Shown piece by piece: positions 1 through 9,822 of a DNA stretch of 64,000 nucleotides. Position 1 is the stretch's first letter. Each line of letters begins with the position of its first letter. Under the pieces are notes generated by a model that was not told the origin of the DNA, did not search any database, and saw only the letters and a program-made list of their open reading frames with translations. The position numbers and the translations under genes are program-made. Source of the stretch: Cenarchaeum sp. (lineage in GTDB: Archaea > Thermoproteota > Nitrososphaeria > Nitrososphaerales > Nitrosopumilaceae); contig OY843768.1 in assembly GCA_963693095.2 (NCBI GenBank), forward strand, positions 768,001-832,000, read 5' to 3'.

Positions 1-3000
1 GGACAGCCAGAACGCGTGAGCCGCAGCGCCGGCACCGAGCAGCCTTATTGCCACAGGCCTGTCAAATGTCATCGGAGTCGCATCACCGCTCTTGCCGAGC
101 TCGACGAGCGTCGCCGGCGGCCTGGAGGCCAGAACCCTGGTCACTGCCTCGTTGGCCGCAGTCTCCTCCTCGTCTGCTCCCATCGCCGCAACATACTCGG
201 TGTCGCGCGCCGGGGGCGGGAGTCGCACGACGACGACGGACTCGTCAGTGTCAACATCCCCAAAGTCCTCGACCACCGTCGACTGGCGTAATGTGACAGT
301 CGCCCCGTCCACGTTCACCGTTATCGTTCCGGCTAGCGTGTCACTGGGCAGCGAACTCAGGATGATCCTCGTGCTCTCGCCCAGCTCGCCTCTCTCCTCC
401 CCCACAGCCTCGATTGTGTACTCGCCTGTGGCAGGCACGGTGAGCTCGAGCGCGCTAAGAGTGCCGCCAGCCTCGACCAGGGGCGCCTGCATGGTCGGCA
501 CGGGAACAAGCGGGTTACCGGCCCTGTCAGTCAGGCCCGATATGCTGATTGTGAAGGGGCCAAAGTTCACGCGCGAGTGATCTTGTCTGATCGTGTGCGT
601 GGCAGCTTCGGGAGCTATGGTAAGCGTAAAGGTATGGACCTGGCCAAGTGAGCCAGTCGACACTATACTGGCTACGCCGTGCACAGGCTCGGTGTATATT
701 GTCAGCTGATGCGTATTTCCCGGTGGGCGAAACACTTGGAGGAACTCTGGAGGCTCGGTGTCTATGACGGCGTTGCCTCCGGACGTGATGTCCGACTGGG
801 TCAGTTCCAGGGCAGTCGCGGGGTTTGCCCCTGTTGCGCGTATGGCAAACTCTAATGGAGCATTGTCGTCGGCGGCGTCCACCACGAACGAGTGTGACCA
901 CGTCCTGTCGTCGGTGTCACCGGCGTTGTTCATCGCCGTCGGCGCGTTTGTCCTGTGCGTGCCTGGCACCGTTATCGTCGGTGCCGGTGACGTTACGATA
1001 TCCTCGCTGAACGTGACTTCGAATGTGATCCTGTCACCGACGTTGGCGTGCTGTGAGGTTGCCCCTGTCCTGTCCGTGAACGAGCCGCTAGCCTCGTCTG
1101 CGACGGTCAGCGTGAGCGGGTACGCCGAGAGCGGCGCGTCATCGGCAATGTCGTTCGTTGCCGTGCCGGTCACCAGGCCATTGGGTGCCGTGGACGCGTC
1201 AAGTATGTCCGGCTGCTCGGAGGAAGGGACGTCATAGCCCAGCGCAGCCGGCGTGATGGTCGTGTCGCCTGTGCCCCAGCCGGTTGTGATCACGGTCGAC
1301 TCGGCCAGCGTGAGCGTGAGCGTGCGCCCGTCAAGCTCCGCTGTTCCAAAGTTTGTGCCCGCCGTGACGGCCGCGGCGAGCTCTGTTGCCGTGGGCAGTG
1401 CCGGCGAGGTCGTCGCCGTCGCATAGTGGTACCAGCGCGAGGCGTCAGGCCCGCCGGCGGCGGCCGTGACGTCCTCGTCAAACGTGACCTCTATTGACCT
1501 GGGAGACACCGTCTTGGCCGTAAAGAGCGGCGGCAGGCCGTCAATTGCCGTCGTGCGCCCCGCGATGGGCGTGCCGTCAGAGGCCAAGAGCACCGGCATT
1601 GTCTGGCCCGAGGCCGGCCTGTACGCGATGTGGGGGGTGGCATCAGAGGCCTGCGCGTCATACCCGATGTAGAACGTGAGCGGCTCGGTGTCTGTGCCTT
1701 GGCATATGCTGGTAATGTCAAACGGCATGGCTGACACCGCCGTCGGGGCGCCGCCGCTCGTGCACACAGCCGAGAACGCAGTGGCCTGCGTCCCGCCGGT
1801 TCCGTCACGCGCCGTGCCGACAAACCACTCGTTGAGGTGGATGTTGCCCGTGACCATGCTGGTGAACACGATCCTGACATAGGTCGAGTCTGCCGCCCTG
1901 TGGGTCGTCGCCGTGTATGCGGCCGGCGGGATTATCTCCAAATACTCTTGCGTCACCTGCGTGCCGGCCGCAAGCGAGTTGGGCACCGTGGCCTTGTCCG
2001 TGACTTGGCCGAGGCGGATCATATAGGTGTCTCCAAGTGTCGCAGGATTCTCGAGGTTCATGCGTATAAAGCGATCCGAGCCGGGCTGCGTGAGGCTGAC
2101 CGTGCCAAGGCCAGGCGAGATGCTCCATCCGGCAGGCGAGGATGGCAGCGCGACGCCTTCGGTGAACGTCACGTGCACGGTTGTGTGTGAGTGGAACCTG
2201 ACAGTGTCTATGGAGGGCACGAGCCGGTCCGGAGCGATCACCGTTGAGCCGCTGGCCAGGGGGTTGCCGGCCCCGTCACTCAGGCCAGTGCCCATATACG
2301 TCACAGTAGGCGCAAAGCTAGTGTCAACGTCCGCATCCGCGTACCCTATGGTCACGAGGTCGCGCGCCGAGTTGAGGGTCGTGCTCGTGACTGTGACTGC
2401 AGTCGTGCCCTCGGCGACTCCCCAGTCTGCTAGAGCCACCGTTGCGCCTCTAGGCAGGTTCTCGGACAGCTTTACGGTCAGCGACGTGGCTGACGTCGTC
2501 CTCGTGTCAGCGTCTGTGAGCATTGTGGGGGGCGTGCGGTCTATGCTGACGCGGTATCCGGCACCTGCTATGGAGCTGCCGTCAGCATTAGTCGCGCGGG
2601 TCGTCAGGTCAGCGTGCGTGAATGTTGCCGCGTTTCCCTCAGCGTCCCTCACGGTGATGCTGAACGTGACGTCGACCTCTGGCGAGCTGCTCGTCACGGT
2701 GTGCGAATAGTTGTACTGTAATGGGGCAGATTGAAATGGCCTGAACATGTGCGAGGCAGTCACCGGCGAGGCCGAGTCCGTAAAGAACATCGCGTCGCCA
2801 AGAGCCGCCACGTTATTGTTAGTGTTATCATTATACAGTGGAATGAGCGTGTTGCCGACGTAGAGCGGCTCGGTGACTGTTACGTTAACCCACACATTAT
2901 CGTTTAGGCGGGCAGGAGCCGCGAGGTCCATCTTGAACATGCCCATCTCCTTCTTTGTCATGTGCAGCGAGTTTCCGGCTGCCAGTTCGGGCGGCGCGCC

Positions 3001-6000
3001 GTCACTGGCCTCAGTCGAGTACGACAGCACGGCATTCACGCCATCCGTCAGGGTTCCGGCCACATACATGACAGACGGCGTGGCCGCCGTCGAGGAGAGC
3101 GGCCCGTGCGTGATGAGGAGCTCCGTGACGGCAGGACTCGACGGTATGGCCGGCGTGGCTGCGTCACCGGCCCCTTCCGAGGTCTCCGGCGTTGCAGTCA
3201 CCTTGCCGGAGGTGGCCACAGTCGCCACGCTCAATGTCGTCAGCGCCACATTGCCTGCGTCACTGGCCGCGTCGTTCTCGGTGACCGTCCAGTTCATCGT
3301 GTCAAGCGTGCCTCCAAGGCTGCCATCAAACGTGACCCTCGTTGTGGTCAGCGTCTGCGTCTCGGCCGTAAACGAGTCCGCAGGCGTGATCATGGACGAC
3401 TCTTCTGCGCCCACCGCGTTGGCAGGCTCGGCCATGTCCGCTATATCACCGTCTGGAATCACCGTGTACTCCCTGTTAGCCACGATCTCCGAGCCGAGGC
3501 TGAGTGTGTACGTGAGCGGTGTTGCGCGCATGGCGGACAATACGAGTATCTCCACAGGGGAGGCGGAGTTGTCTTCTTCTTCTGCCACAACCCAGTCGTT
3601 GTCCGTGCCTTCGGTGCCCTCGACGTACGGGTCGAACGTGTCCTCTATGTTCTCCACAAACGTGACGGGCTCGGTGAACGTGACGTGCAGCAAGGTCGGC
3701 GTGGATATCACGGAGGACGATATCTCTGGGGGTGCCGTGTCAGCGGCGGTGGCCTGGCTTGTCGTCAACACTGTAGTGCCGTAGGTCAGGTCGCCATCAG
3801 TGGCCGTGTATGTCACCTTTGGCGTCGAGGCCGTCGAGGCCAGGCCGTCGTGCGTTAGGATGATCGAGCGGAGAAGGTCACCAGTGCCTTCGAGAATCCC
3901 CGTCGCCGCCGAGACTGCCGTGACGCGCCTGTCCGTGCCGGCCTCGGTCACGGCCCAGTCGTCGGCATCCAGTGTGCCGCCCGGCTGGAGCGGGAACGTC
4001 ACGGCGATTGTCCTCGAGTCTATCGTCCTGGCCGTAAAGGCCGCCGGCGGGGCGTCCCCAAATGCCGTTGACACCGAGCGCTCCGTGACTGCGTTGTCCT
4101 GCGCGTCGGCCAGGCCGGTCGACGGCAGGCTGACTGTGTGCTCGACGCCAGTCGTGGCCGCAGAGGCCAGCGTGATGGTGAGCGTGTTCGTGCCTGCGTT
4201 GTACGCCGGCGATCCCGCTGCCTGCGGCACGGCGTCCGGATCGCCGCCGGCGTCGTCCCCGTCAGGCACGGTCACGGCGTACGTCAGGGTCGCTATCGTC
4301 CCCGCGTTGGCCATCGCCTCGCCAAAGTTGACCGTGATCGTGTCAGCCGCGCCAAACGAGGCCACGGGCGTCGGGGGGGCGCCGTCTGCGGCCATCCTTG
4401 CCGCCTGTGCGGAGAGCGCGTTGCCCACAGGATCCACGATCCCCGGCGGGGCGTTCGAACCGGTCGGCACCGTGTAGGTGACCGGCGGCGTGGCCCCAGT
4501 CGACGCCGTGTCCGCATGATACAGCGTTAATGCGCCAGAGGGCTGGCTGCCGGCATGCGAGGCCTGATGCCCTCCAACTTGCCATCCAGCGGCGCGCTCT
4601 CCGGCGACAGGCAGCACGACGGCCTCGCTGAACGTAATGTCCGTCCCGGTGCGGCTCACAGTCTTTGCCGTGTACGTCGGAGGCACATTGTCGACTGCCT
4701 CGGCGTTGTGATACGGCACGGAGAGTCCCTGGGCGGCCGACGGGCTACCGCTCACCCCTGGGGGCAGGCCGATTTGGGGGACGAAGTTGTGCCTCACATT
4801 TGGCGTGGATCCCGTCGATGAGAGCGTCGCGTGCGTGATTATCATCTCGGTCGCCGTGTTCGATGCAGGCAGCTTCAATGTGGGAAGGAGTTGCGATTGA
4901 GCCGCAATCAAGGACGTGGTGCCCAGCACGAGTGAGGATATCGGCCTCCTCTCGGATGTCCCCGGATCACCGTCATCATCATCAGTCACTATCCAATGGC
5001 CAAGGTTGAGAAAGCCGCTAGTCAACGGCGGGCCAAAGAACGACACAGTCGTTCTCGTCGGCGAGTCTGTCACTGCCGTGAATGGCGGCGCAGTCGCCAT
5101 GGCAGTCGTGGTCGTCAGGGCGTTGCCAGACGTGTCGGCCAGTCCCGTGGACGGCAGTGCCACCGCGTACACGTCGCGGTGTGTCGCCGTGCCGGCCAGC
5201 ATCAGCTCCAGCGTGTGCGTGAGTGGGTTGTACTCGTGTGGCCCGGACAGCGTCACTGCTGTCGAGTCCTCGGTCACCGTGTAGGTGAGGCCCGCTATCG
5301 TCTCCGGACTGGCAAGGGCCTCGCTAAAGGCCACATTGATCACGCCGGGTGCCCCAAATGACGCGCTCGCCGTGGGCCCGATGCCGTCGGTGAGGGGCAC
5401 AGACGATCCGGTGCGCAGGACGACGCGTCCTGACGCGTCAATGACCCTGTTGGAGGCCGTGTCGGATCCCGTGTACAGCAGTACCGTGCCGGCGGCCAGG
5501 TCGGTAAAGTCCAGTGCCTGCGTGCGCGTGAGCGTGATCCTGTCGGCGGCGACATGGCCCGTGTCAAACGTTATGCCGCCGCCAATGGTCCACTCTGAGC
5601 CCGTGAGGGCAATATTGGCGTCGACTGCCCTTGAGAGCGTCGCGCTCACCTGCGTTGGCGAGTCGAGTGTCGCCGAGACCAGCGTCATCGGGGTGCCGTC
5701 GACGACCGTTTTTGGCGACGGTATCTCACGTGTGCGATCAACCAACATCAGTTCATCCAGCGTGAACGGGTCGGTGTCCATCGGGTCGCCGCCAGAGTCG
5801 GCCATGGCCGTCTGTCCTGCCAAAAGCGTCGCCGGCTTTGCGAACATGATGCCCGGCATTGATGTCAAATCCAAATTCGATATTGACTCGTGCCTTAGCG
5901 TAAACGCAGTCGCCGAGTCGAGCTCTACTGTTGGCGTGCGCAGCAAGTCGAGTGTGCTGTGCTCGCCGGCCCTGACTGACTGGATCTCCACGGTGACCGG

Positions 6001-7950
6001 ACCGTCAGACGTCATGCCACTGAGGCTCCAGTCAGCGGCGCGCAGCGTCCCGCTCACGGCCTCGTCAAGCCTGACTACTGTCGTGCGGTCGCCCGTCAAG
6101 AGCGCCACGGAGATCTCGGGGGCAGGCGAGTTAACGACCGAGATCCCGGATCTCCCAGCGGACTGGTTTGGCGGCGTGGCCCTATCCGCAAAGTTCTGCG
6201 CATCGGGAATGTATTCGCCGCTCTTGAGGCGCTGTGGCAGTGTCCCAACCACCTCGTTGGGGTTGGTCGGCGAGACCATGAGATTGGAGCCCCCAACAGA
6301 GCCTGCAACAGGTCCTGTTGTGCCGACCGCGGTGTGCACACGTATAACGGACTCTGGAAGCACAGTGACGGGGCCACTGAATGTGACTCTCACGCTCGTG
6401 CCATCACTGCTAACAGATGGGGGACGAGTGGTAATGCTCACCTTGTCGACTGCGACGATATCCCACACCCCGGCGCCCAGGTCCGTGCCGCCAAACGCAA
6501 GACCCCCAGTGGCCGGCGAGGTGTACCTGATCGTCGGCGTCTCATCAGGACCCAAGCCGTCAGAAAAGGCAACGCGAATGTCAAAGTCTAGCCTGTTATC
6601 TATCGTGGACGTGACACCTCTACCAGCGGATGAAAAGGGATGTCCAACTGCCGTAACGGGTATTTCCCTCGTAGAATCAGGGAGGTTGATGATGACGAAC
6701 TCGGATGCGCGAATCGTGCTGCCGACCGCATTGGACTTGAGAACTGCAAAATAGCTGTTATCGCCGGTCTTGTCCACACGGAACGGCGGCGTGTGCGTCT
6801 GTGTGCACGTGGCGGCGCACGTTGCGGGGTCAAATGGGGTGCCAGCGCTGTTCTCGAATGTCGGCGCGATGGTGTAAACGACGCCAGGGATCGCATTGGC
6901 GCCTAGCGTGGCCGTGACGATCATGGCGGTAGTACGCGCAACACTCGACACGGTGATCACGTCTGGCAGGGTGTCTGCGTCATGGGGAGTTAACGTGTTG
7001 TCAGGCGCCGTGACCCCAAGGTTGGACGTGGTGACGGTGGACATGTCGATGGTATCGTCAAACGTCATGCGAATCGCCTTTGAGCCCGTAAACTCTGCAG
7101 AGCTCAAAACCAGCGGCGCCGTGTACGTCAGTTCGCACGTGGCACCGCACGTTGCGGGGTCAAATGGGGTGCCATAGCTGTTCTCGAATGTTGGCGCGAT
7201 GGTGTACGCGACGCCGGGGATCGCATTGGCGCCTAGCGTGGCCGTGGCGACAAAGGCGGTAGTACGGACAACATTCGACACCCCGATCATGTCTGGCAGG
7301 GTGTCCCCGTCAGGGGGAGTTATCGTGTTGTCAGGCGCCGTGACCTCAATGTTGGACGGAATGACAGTGGACGTATCGAGGGTACTGGAAAACTGCATGC
7401 GAATCGTCCTTGGGCCCGTAAACTCTGCAGAGGACAGAGCCAGCGGCCGCGCGTTCACCAGGGCATTGTTGCCAGACGTGATCTGTGAACCTGTTATCGA
7501 TCCCGTCCCCGTTGAGGGGTTTGTGTTTGCGGTGGGAGTTGCCGTGTCCGTGGCCACGATGGTAAAGGTGAGGCCGAAACTACCGCGGTCAGCGGCATCC
7601 ACAACGAACGAGTGCGACCAGGTCAGGCCATCAGAGTCACCGGCGTCGCCCATCGCCGTGGCCGTCGGTGTCCTGTGCGCGCCAGGCACCGTTATCGTCG
7701 GCGCCGGCGATGTCACGACGGCCTCGTTGAACGTCACGGCTATGGTGACCCTGTCGCCGGCGTTCGCCCAGTTCAAAGTACCTCCCGTGCGATCCACAAA
7801 GGTGCCGTCAACATTGTCGGCCACGGTGACTGTGAGGACGGTGACCCCCGGAGGCGTCGTGTCTGCCCCCTGGGCCGTCGCACCGCTGACAGAGGCGGCA
7901 AGAAAGAGCGACATGATCGCAAACGCCAGTGTTGGCACTGCAGCCCGCAT
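1..7950 (-). CDS. Giant secreted/surface protein with repeated Ig-like beta-rich modules (>2650 aa, 3' end beyond window)
   Basis: ATG at 7950 begins signal peptide MRAAVPTLAFAIMSLFLAASVSGATAQG; in-frame TGA just upstream (7963-7965). No terminated minus-strand ORF in this frame is listed below 7950, so the frame is open to base 1. Long T/V/S-rich antisense shadow ORFs all lie in one frame. Confidence 0.9.
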   Translation of the reverse strand, partial: MRAAVPTLAFAIMSLFLAASVSGATAQGADTTPPGVTVLTVTVADNVDGTFVDRTGGTLNWANAGDRVTIAVTFNEAVVTSPAPTITVPGAHRTPTATAMGDAGDSDGLTWSHSFVVDAADRGSFGLTFTIVATDTATPTANTNPSTGTGSITGSQITSGNNALVNARPLALSSAEFTGPRTIRMQFSSTLDTSTVIPSNIEVTAPDNTITPPDGDTLPDMIGVSNVVRTTAFVATATLGANAIPGVAYTIAPTFENSYGTPFDPATCGATCELTYTAPLVLSSAEFTGSKAIRMTFDDTIDMSTVTTSNLGVTAPDNTLTPHDADTLPDVITVSSVARTTAMIVTATLGANAIPGVVYTIAPTFENSAGTPFDPATCAATCTQTHTPPFRVDKTGDNSYFAVLKSNAVGSTIRASEFVIINLPDSTREIPVTAVGHPFSSAGRGVTSTIDNRLDFDIRVAFSDGLGPDETPTIRYTSPATGGLAFGGTDLGAGVWDIVAVDKVSITTRPPSVSSDGTSVRVTFSGPVTVLPESVIRVHTAVGTTGPVAGSVGGSNLMVSPTNPNEVVGTLPQRLKSGEYIPDAQNFADRATPPNQSAGRSGISVVNSPAPEISVALLTGDRTTVVRLDEAVSGTLRAADWSLSGMTSDGPVTVEIQSVRAGEHSTLDLLRTPTVELDSATAFTLRHESISNLDLTSMPGIMFAKPATLLAGQTAMADSGGDPMDTDPFTLDELMLVDRTREIPSPKTVVDGTPMTLVSATLDSPTQVSATLSRAVDANIALTGSEWTIGGGITFDTGHVAADRITLTRTQALDFTDLAAGTVLLYTGSDTASNRVIDASGRVVLRTGSSVPLTDGIGPTASASFGAPGVINVAFSEALASPETIAGLTYTVTEDSTAVTLSGPHEYNPLTHTLELMLAGTATHRDVYAVALPSTGLADTSGNALTTTTAMATAPPFTAVTDSPTRTTVSFFGPPLTSGFLNLGHWIVTDDDDGDPGTSERRPISSLVLGTTSLIAAQSQLLPTLKLPASNTATEMIITHATLSSTGSTPNVRHNFVPQIGLPPGVSGSPSAAQGLSVPYHNAEAVDNVPPTYTAKTVSRTGTDITFSEAVVLPVAGERAAGWQVGGHQASHAGSQPSGALTLYHADTASTGATPPVTYTVPTGSNAPPGIVDPVGNALSAQAARMAADGAPPTPVASFGAADTITVNFGEAMANAGTIATLTYAVTVPDGDDAGGDPDAVPQAAGSPAYNAGTNTLTITLASAATTGVEHTVSLPSTGLADAQDNAVTERSVSTAFGDAPPAAFTARTIDSRTIAVTFPLQPGGTLDADDWAVTEAGTDRRVTAVSAATGILEGTGDLLRSIILTHDGLASTASTPKVTYTATDGDLTYGTTVLTTSQATAADTAPPEISSSVISTPTLLHVTFTEPVTFVENIEDTFDPYVEGTEGTDNDWVVAEEEDNSASPVEILVLSAMRATPLTYTLSLGSEIVANREYTVIPDGDIADMAEPANAVGAEESSMITPADSFTAETQTLTTTRVTFDGSLGGTLDTMNWTVTENDAASDAGNVALTTLSVATVATSGKVTATPETSEGAGDAATPAIPSSPAVTELLITHGPLSSTAATPSVMYVAGTLTDGVNAVLSYSTEASDGAPPELAAGNSLHMTKKEMGMFKMDLAAPARLNDNVWVNVTVTEPLYVGNTLIPLYNDNTNNNVAALGDAMFFTDSASPVTASHMFRPFQSAPLQYNYSHTVTSSSPEVDVTFSITVRDAEGNAATFTHADLTTRATNADGSSIAGAGYRVSIDRTPPTMLTDADTRTTSATSLTVKLSENLPRGATVALADWGVAEGTTAVTVTSTTLNSARDLVTIGYADADVDTSFAPTVTYMGTGLSDGAGNPLASGSTVIAPDRLVPSIDTVRFHSHTTVHVTFTEGVALPSSPAGWSISPGLGTVSLTQPGSDRFIRMNLENPATLGDTYMIRLGQVTDKATVPNSLAAGTQVTQEYLEIIPPAAYTATTHRAADSTYVRIVFTSMVTGNIHLNEWFVGTARDGTGGTQATAFSAVCTSGGAPTAVSAMPFDITSICQGTDTEPLTFYIGYDAQASDATPHIAYRPASGQTMPVLLASDGTPIAGRTTAIDGLPPLFTAKTVSPRSIEVTFDEDVTAAAGGPDASRWYHYATATTSPALPTATELAAAVTAGTNFGTAELDGRTLTLTLAESTVITTGWGTGDTTITPAALGYDVPSSEQPDILDASTAPNGLVTGTATNDIADDAPLSAYPLTLTVADEASGSFTDRTGATSQHANVGDRITFEVTFSEDIVTSPAPTITVPGTHRTNAPTAMNNAGDTDDRTWSHSFVVDAADDNAPLEFAIRATGANPATALELTQSDITSGGNAVIDTEPPEFLQVFRPPGNTHQLTIYTEPVHGVASIVSTGSLGQVHTFTLTIAPEAATHTIRQDHSRVNFGPFTISISGLTDRAGNPLVPVPTMQAPLVEAGGTLSALELTVPATGEYTIEAVGEERGELGESTRIILSSLPSDTLAGTITVNVDGATVTLRQSTVVEDFGDVDTDESVVVVRLPPPARDTEYVAAMGADEEETAANEAVTRVLASRPPATLVELGKSGDATPMTFDRPVAIRLLGAGAAAHAFWLS
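6816..7447. repeat. Intragenic tandem duplication, two ~330-bp (110-aa) copies
   Basis: gcacgttgcggggtcaaatggggtgcca...cccgtaaactctgcagag occurs at ~6816-7116 and ~7146-7447 with substitutions. Confidence 0.85.
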
Positions 7951-7972
7951 ACTGCCGCCCTCTCAAGACGCG

Positions 7973-7984
7973 AGTATATAATAC
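7973..7984 (-). promoter_or_regulatory. TATA box of the giant surface protein gene
   Basis: TTATATAC on minus strand ~25-30 nt upstream of ATG 7950, typical of leaderless archaeal transcripts. Confidence 0.6.
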
Positions 7985-8009
7985 CGTTGGTGGGTTTGCG
8001 CCCAAAATG

Positions 8010-8027
8010 CCCCCCCCCCCCCCCCCC
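8010..8027. repeat. C18 homopolymer tract
   Basis: Direct reading; lies just upstream of the TATA box of the giant gene. Confidence 0.85.
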
Positions 8028-8354
8028 ACATACAGGCACCTGCCGAGCCGCAAGGCCGTCTGCGATCAGCAGAGCCTCGGACAGTGGCAGACACGCACGG
8101 GGGCAGGGGCGCCACAAGGCCAGGCGGAAAAGCACCCATTCCAGCATAAACCCAGAATCCCACCGGCAGACAAAAGATCCCACGGGCCATAAACCCCCCT
8201 CCCATGCCATTGGACCATCATCCCCACAGCCACAGCCCCACGCGTGGGCACACCGCCATGAACGGCGAGCCGGCAGAACCCCCACAGCCACGCCAACGGG
8301 CCGCTGCCAGGGCGCCCCAACGGTTTTAACACCAAGGCGCGCGCGCGCGATCGC

Positions 8355-9575
8355 GTGCTAACGATAGACGATCTCGAGCTGCACGGCAGGACGGTCTTCC
8401 TGAGGGCAGACATGAACTGCCCAGTCGACGCTGCGACCGGAGAGATTGCCGGAACGGGCAGGATAGAGGAGACGGCCGAGACGGTCAGGGATTTGCAGGG
8501 CGCAAAGGTAGTCATTGCGTCGCACCAGGGCAGGGTGGGCAACTCGGACTATACCGGAATGGTAGAGCACGCAAAGGTAATGTCGCGCGTCCTGGGACGC
8601 AAGATAGAGCACGTTCAGGACGTCATCGGCGAGGCAGCAAGCAGGGCGATATCAGAGATGAGTGACGGCGACGTTCTCCTCCTAGACAACCTGAGGCTGT
8701 GCGCCGAGGAGAATTACGAGTTCCCCCCAGAGGAGGCAGCGGGCACGATAATGGTAAAGAGGCTATCCGGACTCTTTGACGCGTGCGTTCTAGACTCGTT
8801 TCCAAGCGCGCACAGGGCACACCCGTCGCTAGTCGGAATGCCAAGGGTACTTCCCGCGTGCGCCGGCAGGCTAGTCGAGCGCGAGGTTCGCCGGCTAGGC
8901 GAGATAATGTCAGTCGCAAAGGCGCCGCACGTCCTCGTCCTCGGCGGAGCAAAGGTTCGCGACAGGCTAGAGGCAATAAGGCTGCTCATCGAGGGCGGGA
9001 GGGCCGACCACGTGCTGCTCACCGGCATGGTCGCTAGCGTGTTCCTGCGCGCGCAGGGAAGGATCGGCCACGAGCTTGGGCTGCATGACGAGCGGGGCCT
9101 CGTCTCGACTGCCCACTCGCTAATCGGCGAGCACCCCGGCGTGTTCATGACGCCTGTTGATGTCGCCCTGGAGGGAACGTCTGGCAGGTCAGAAGTCGAC
9201 GTGCGCGAGCTGCCCGGCGGCGCGCACGTCCTAGACATTGGCCAAAAGACCGTCGCGCACTATGCGAGGACGATATCGGGGGCCGGAACCGTCTTTATGT
9301 CAGGTCCGGCCGGAATGTTTGAGCGCGAGGGCTTTGAGGCCGGCACGCGGGGCCTCCTAGAGGCAGTCTGCGACTCGATGGCAACGACAGTCGTGAGCGG
9401 CGGGCACCTGAGCACGGCGCTGAGGAGGTACGGCCTCTCGGGCCGCGTCGACCATGTCAGCACAGCCGGCGGCGCGCTGGTCCAGTACATGGCCGGACGG
9501 CGCCTCCCGATGATGCGCGCACTAGACGAGGCCGGAGAGCGCGAGCTGGAGAGGCGCGCCGGCAAGTCAGGCTAG
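8355..9575 (+). CDS. pgk: Phosphoglycerate kinase
   Basis: RADMNCP, SHQGR, DNLR, SAHRAH, VLGGAKV, SGGH, STAGGA motifs. Confidence 0.97.
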   Translation: MLTIDDLELHGRTVFLRADMNCPVDAATGEIAGTGRIEETAETVRDLQGAKVVIASHQGRVGNSDYTGMVEHAKVMSRVLGRKIEHVQDVIGEAASRAISEMSDGDVLLLDNLRLCAEENYEFPPEEAAGTIMVKRLSGLFDACVLDSFPSAHRAHPSLVGMPRVLPACAGRLVEREVRRLGEIMSVAKAPHVLVLGGAKVRDRLEAIRLLIEGGRADHVLLTGMVASVFLRAQGRIGHELGLHDERGLVSTAHSLIGEHPGVFMTPVDVALEGTSGRSEVDVRELPGGAHVLDIGQKTVAHYARTISGAGTVFMSGPAGMFEREGFEAGTRGLLEAVCDSMATTVVSGGHLSTALRRYGLSGRVDHVSTAGGALVQYMAGRRLPMMRALDEAGERELERRAGKSG

Positions 9576-9587
9576 GCAGCCCGCTCG

Positions 9588-9745
9588 GCGTTTTGGCAAA
9601 AAAAAAATCACACACTAGGGGGCACTGCTCTTTTGCCATACTGCCTGCCCTGCGTTTTGAAAAAAAAATCACACTAGGTGGTACTCTGCTCGTTCGCCAG
9701 GCTGCCGGCCAGGCGTTTTGAAAAAAAGCGCGCACTGGCCGACTA
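9588..9745. repeat. Imperfect ~62-bp tandem repeat (2.5 copies) with A-tracts between convergent genes
   Basis: gcgttttg(gc)-A-tract-tcacact/gcgcgcact recurs at ~9588, ~9652, ~9713. Confidence 0.65.
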
Positions 9746-9822
9746 TGCAAAAGACGCACTCGGAAGAACACCTGGCGCGCGCAGGCCACACGAACACAAG
9801 TTGATCCCGGCAGAAAGGCGCA

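Noticed and set aside
16-7981. Many long plus-strand ORFs rich in V/S/T/A
   Set aside because: Antisense shadows of the giant minus-strand gene; similar shadows overlie other GC-rich genes
8030-8350. Possible ncRNA in the gap between the giant gene and pgk
   Set aside because: No tRNA, SRP or other recognisable structure could be supported by eye
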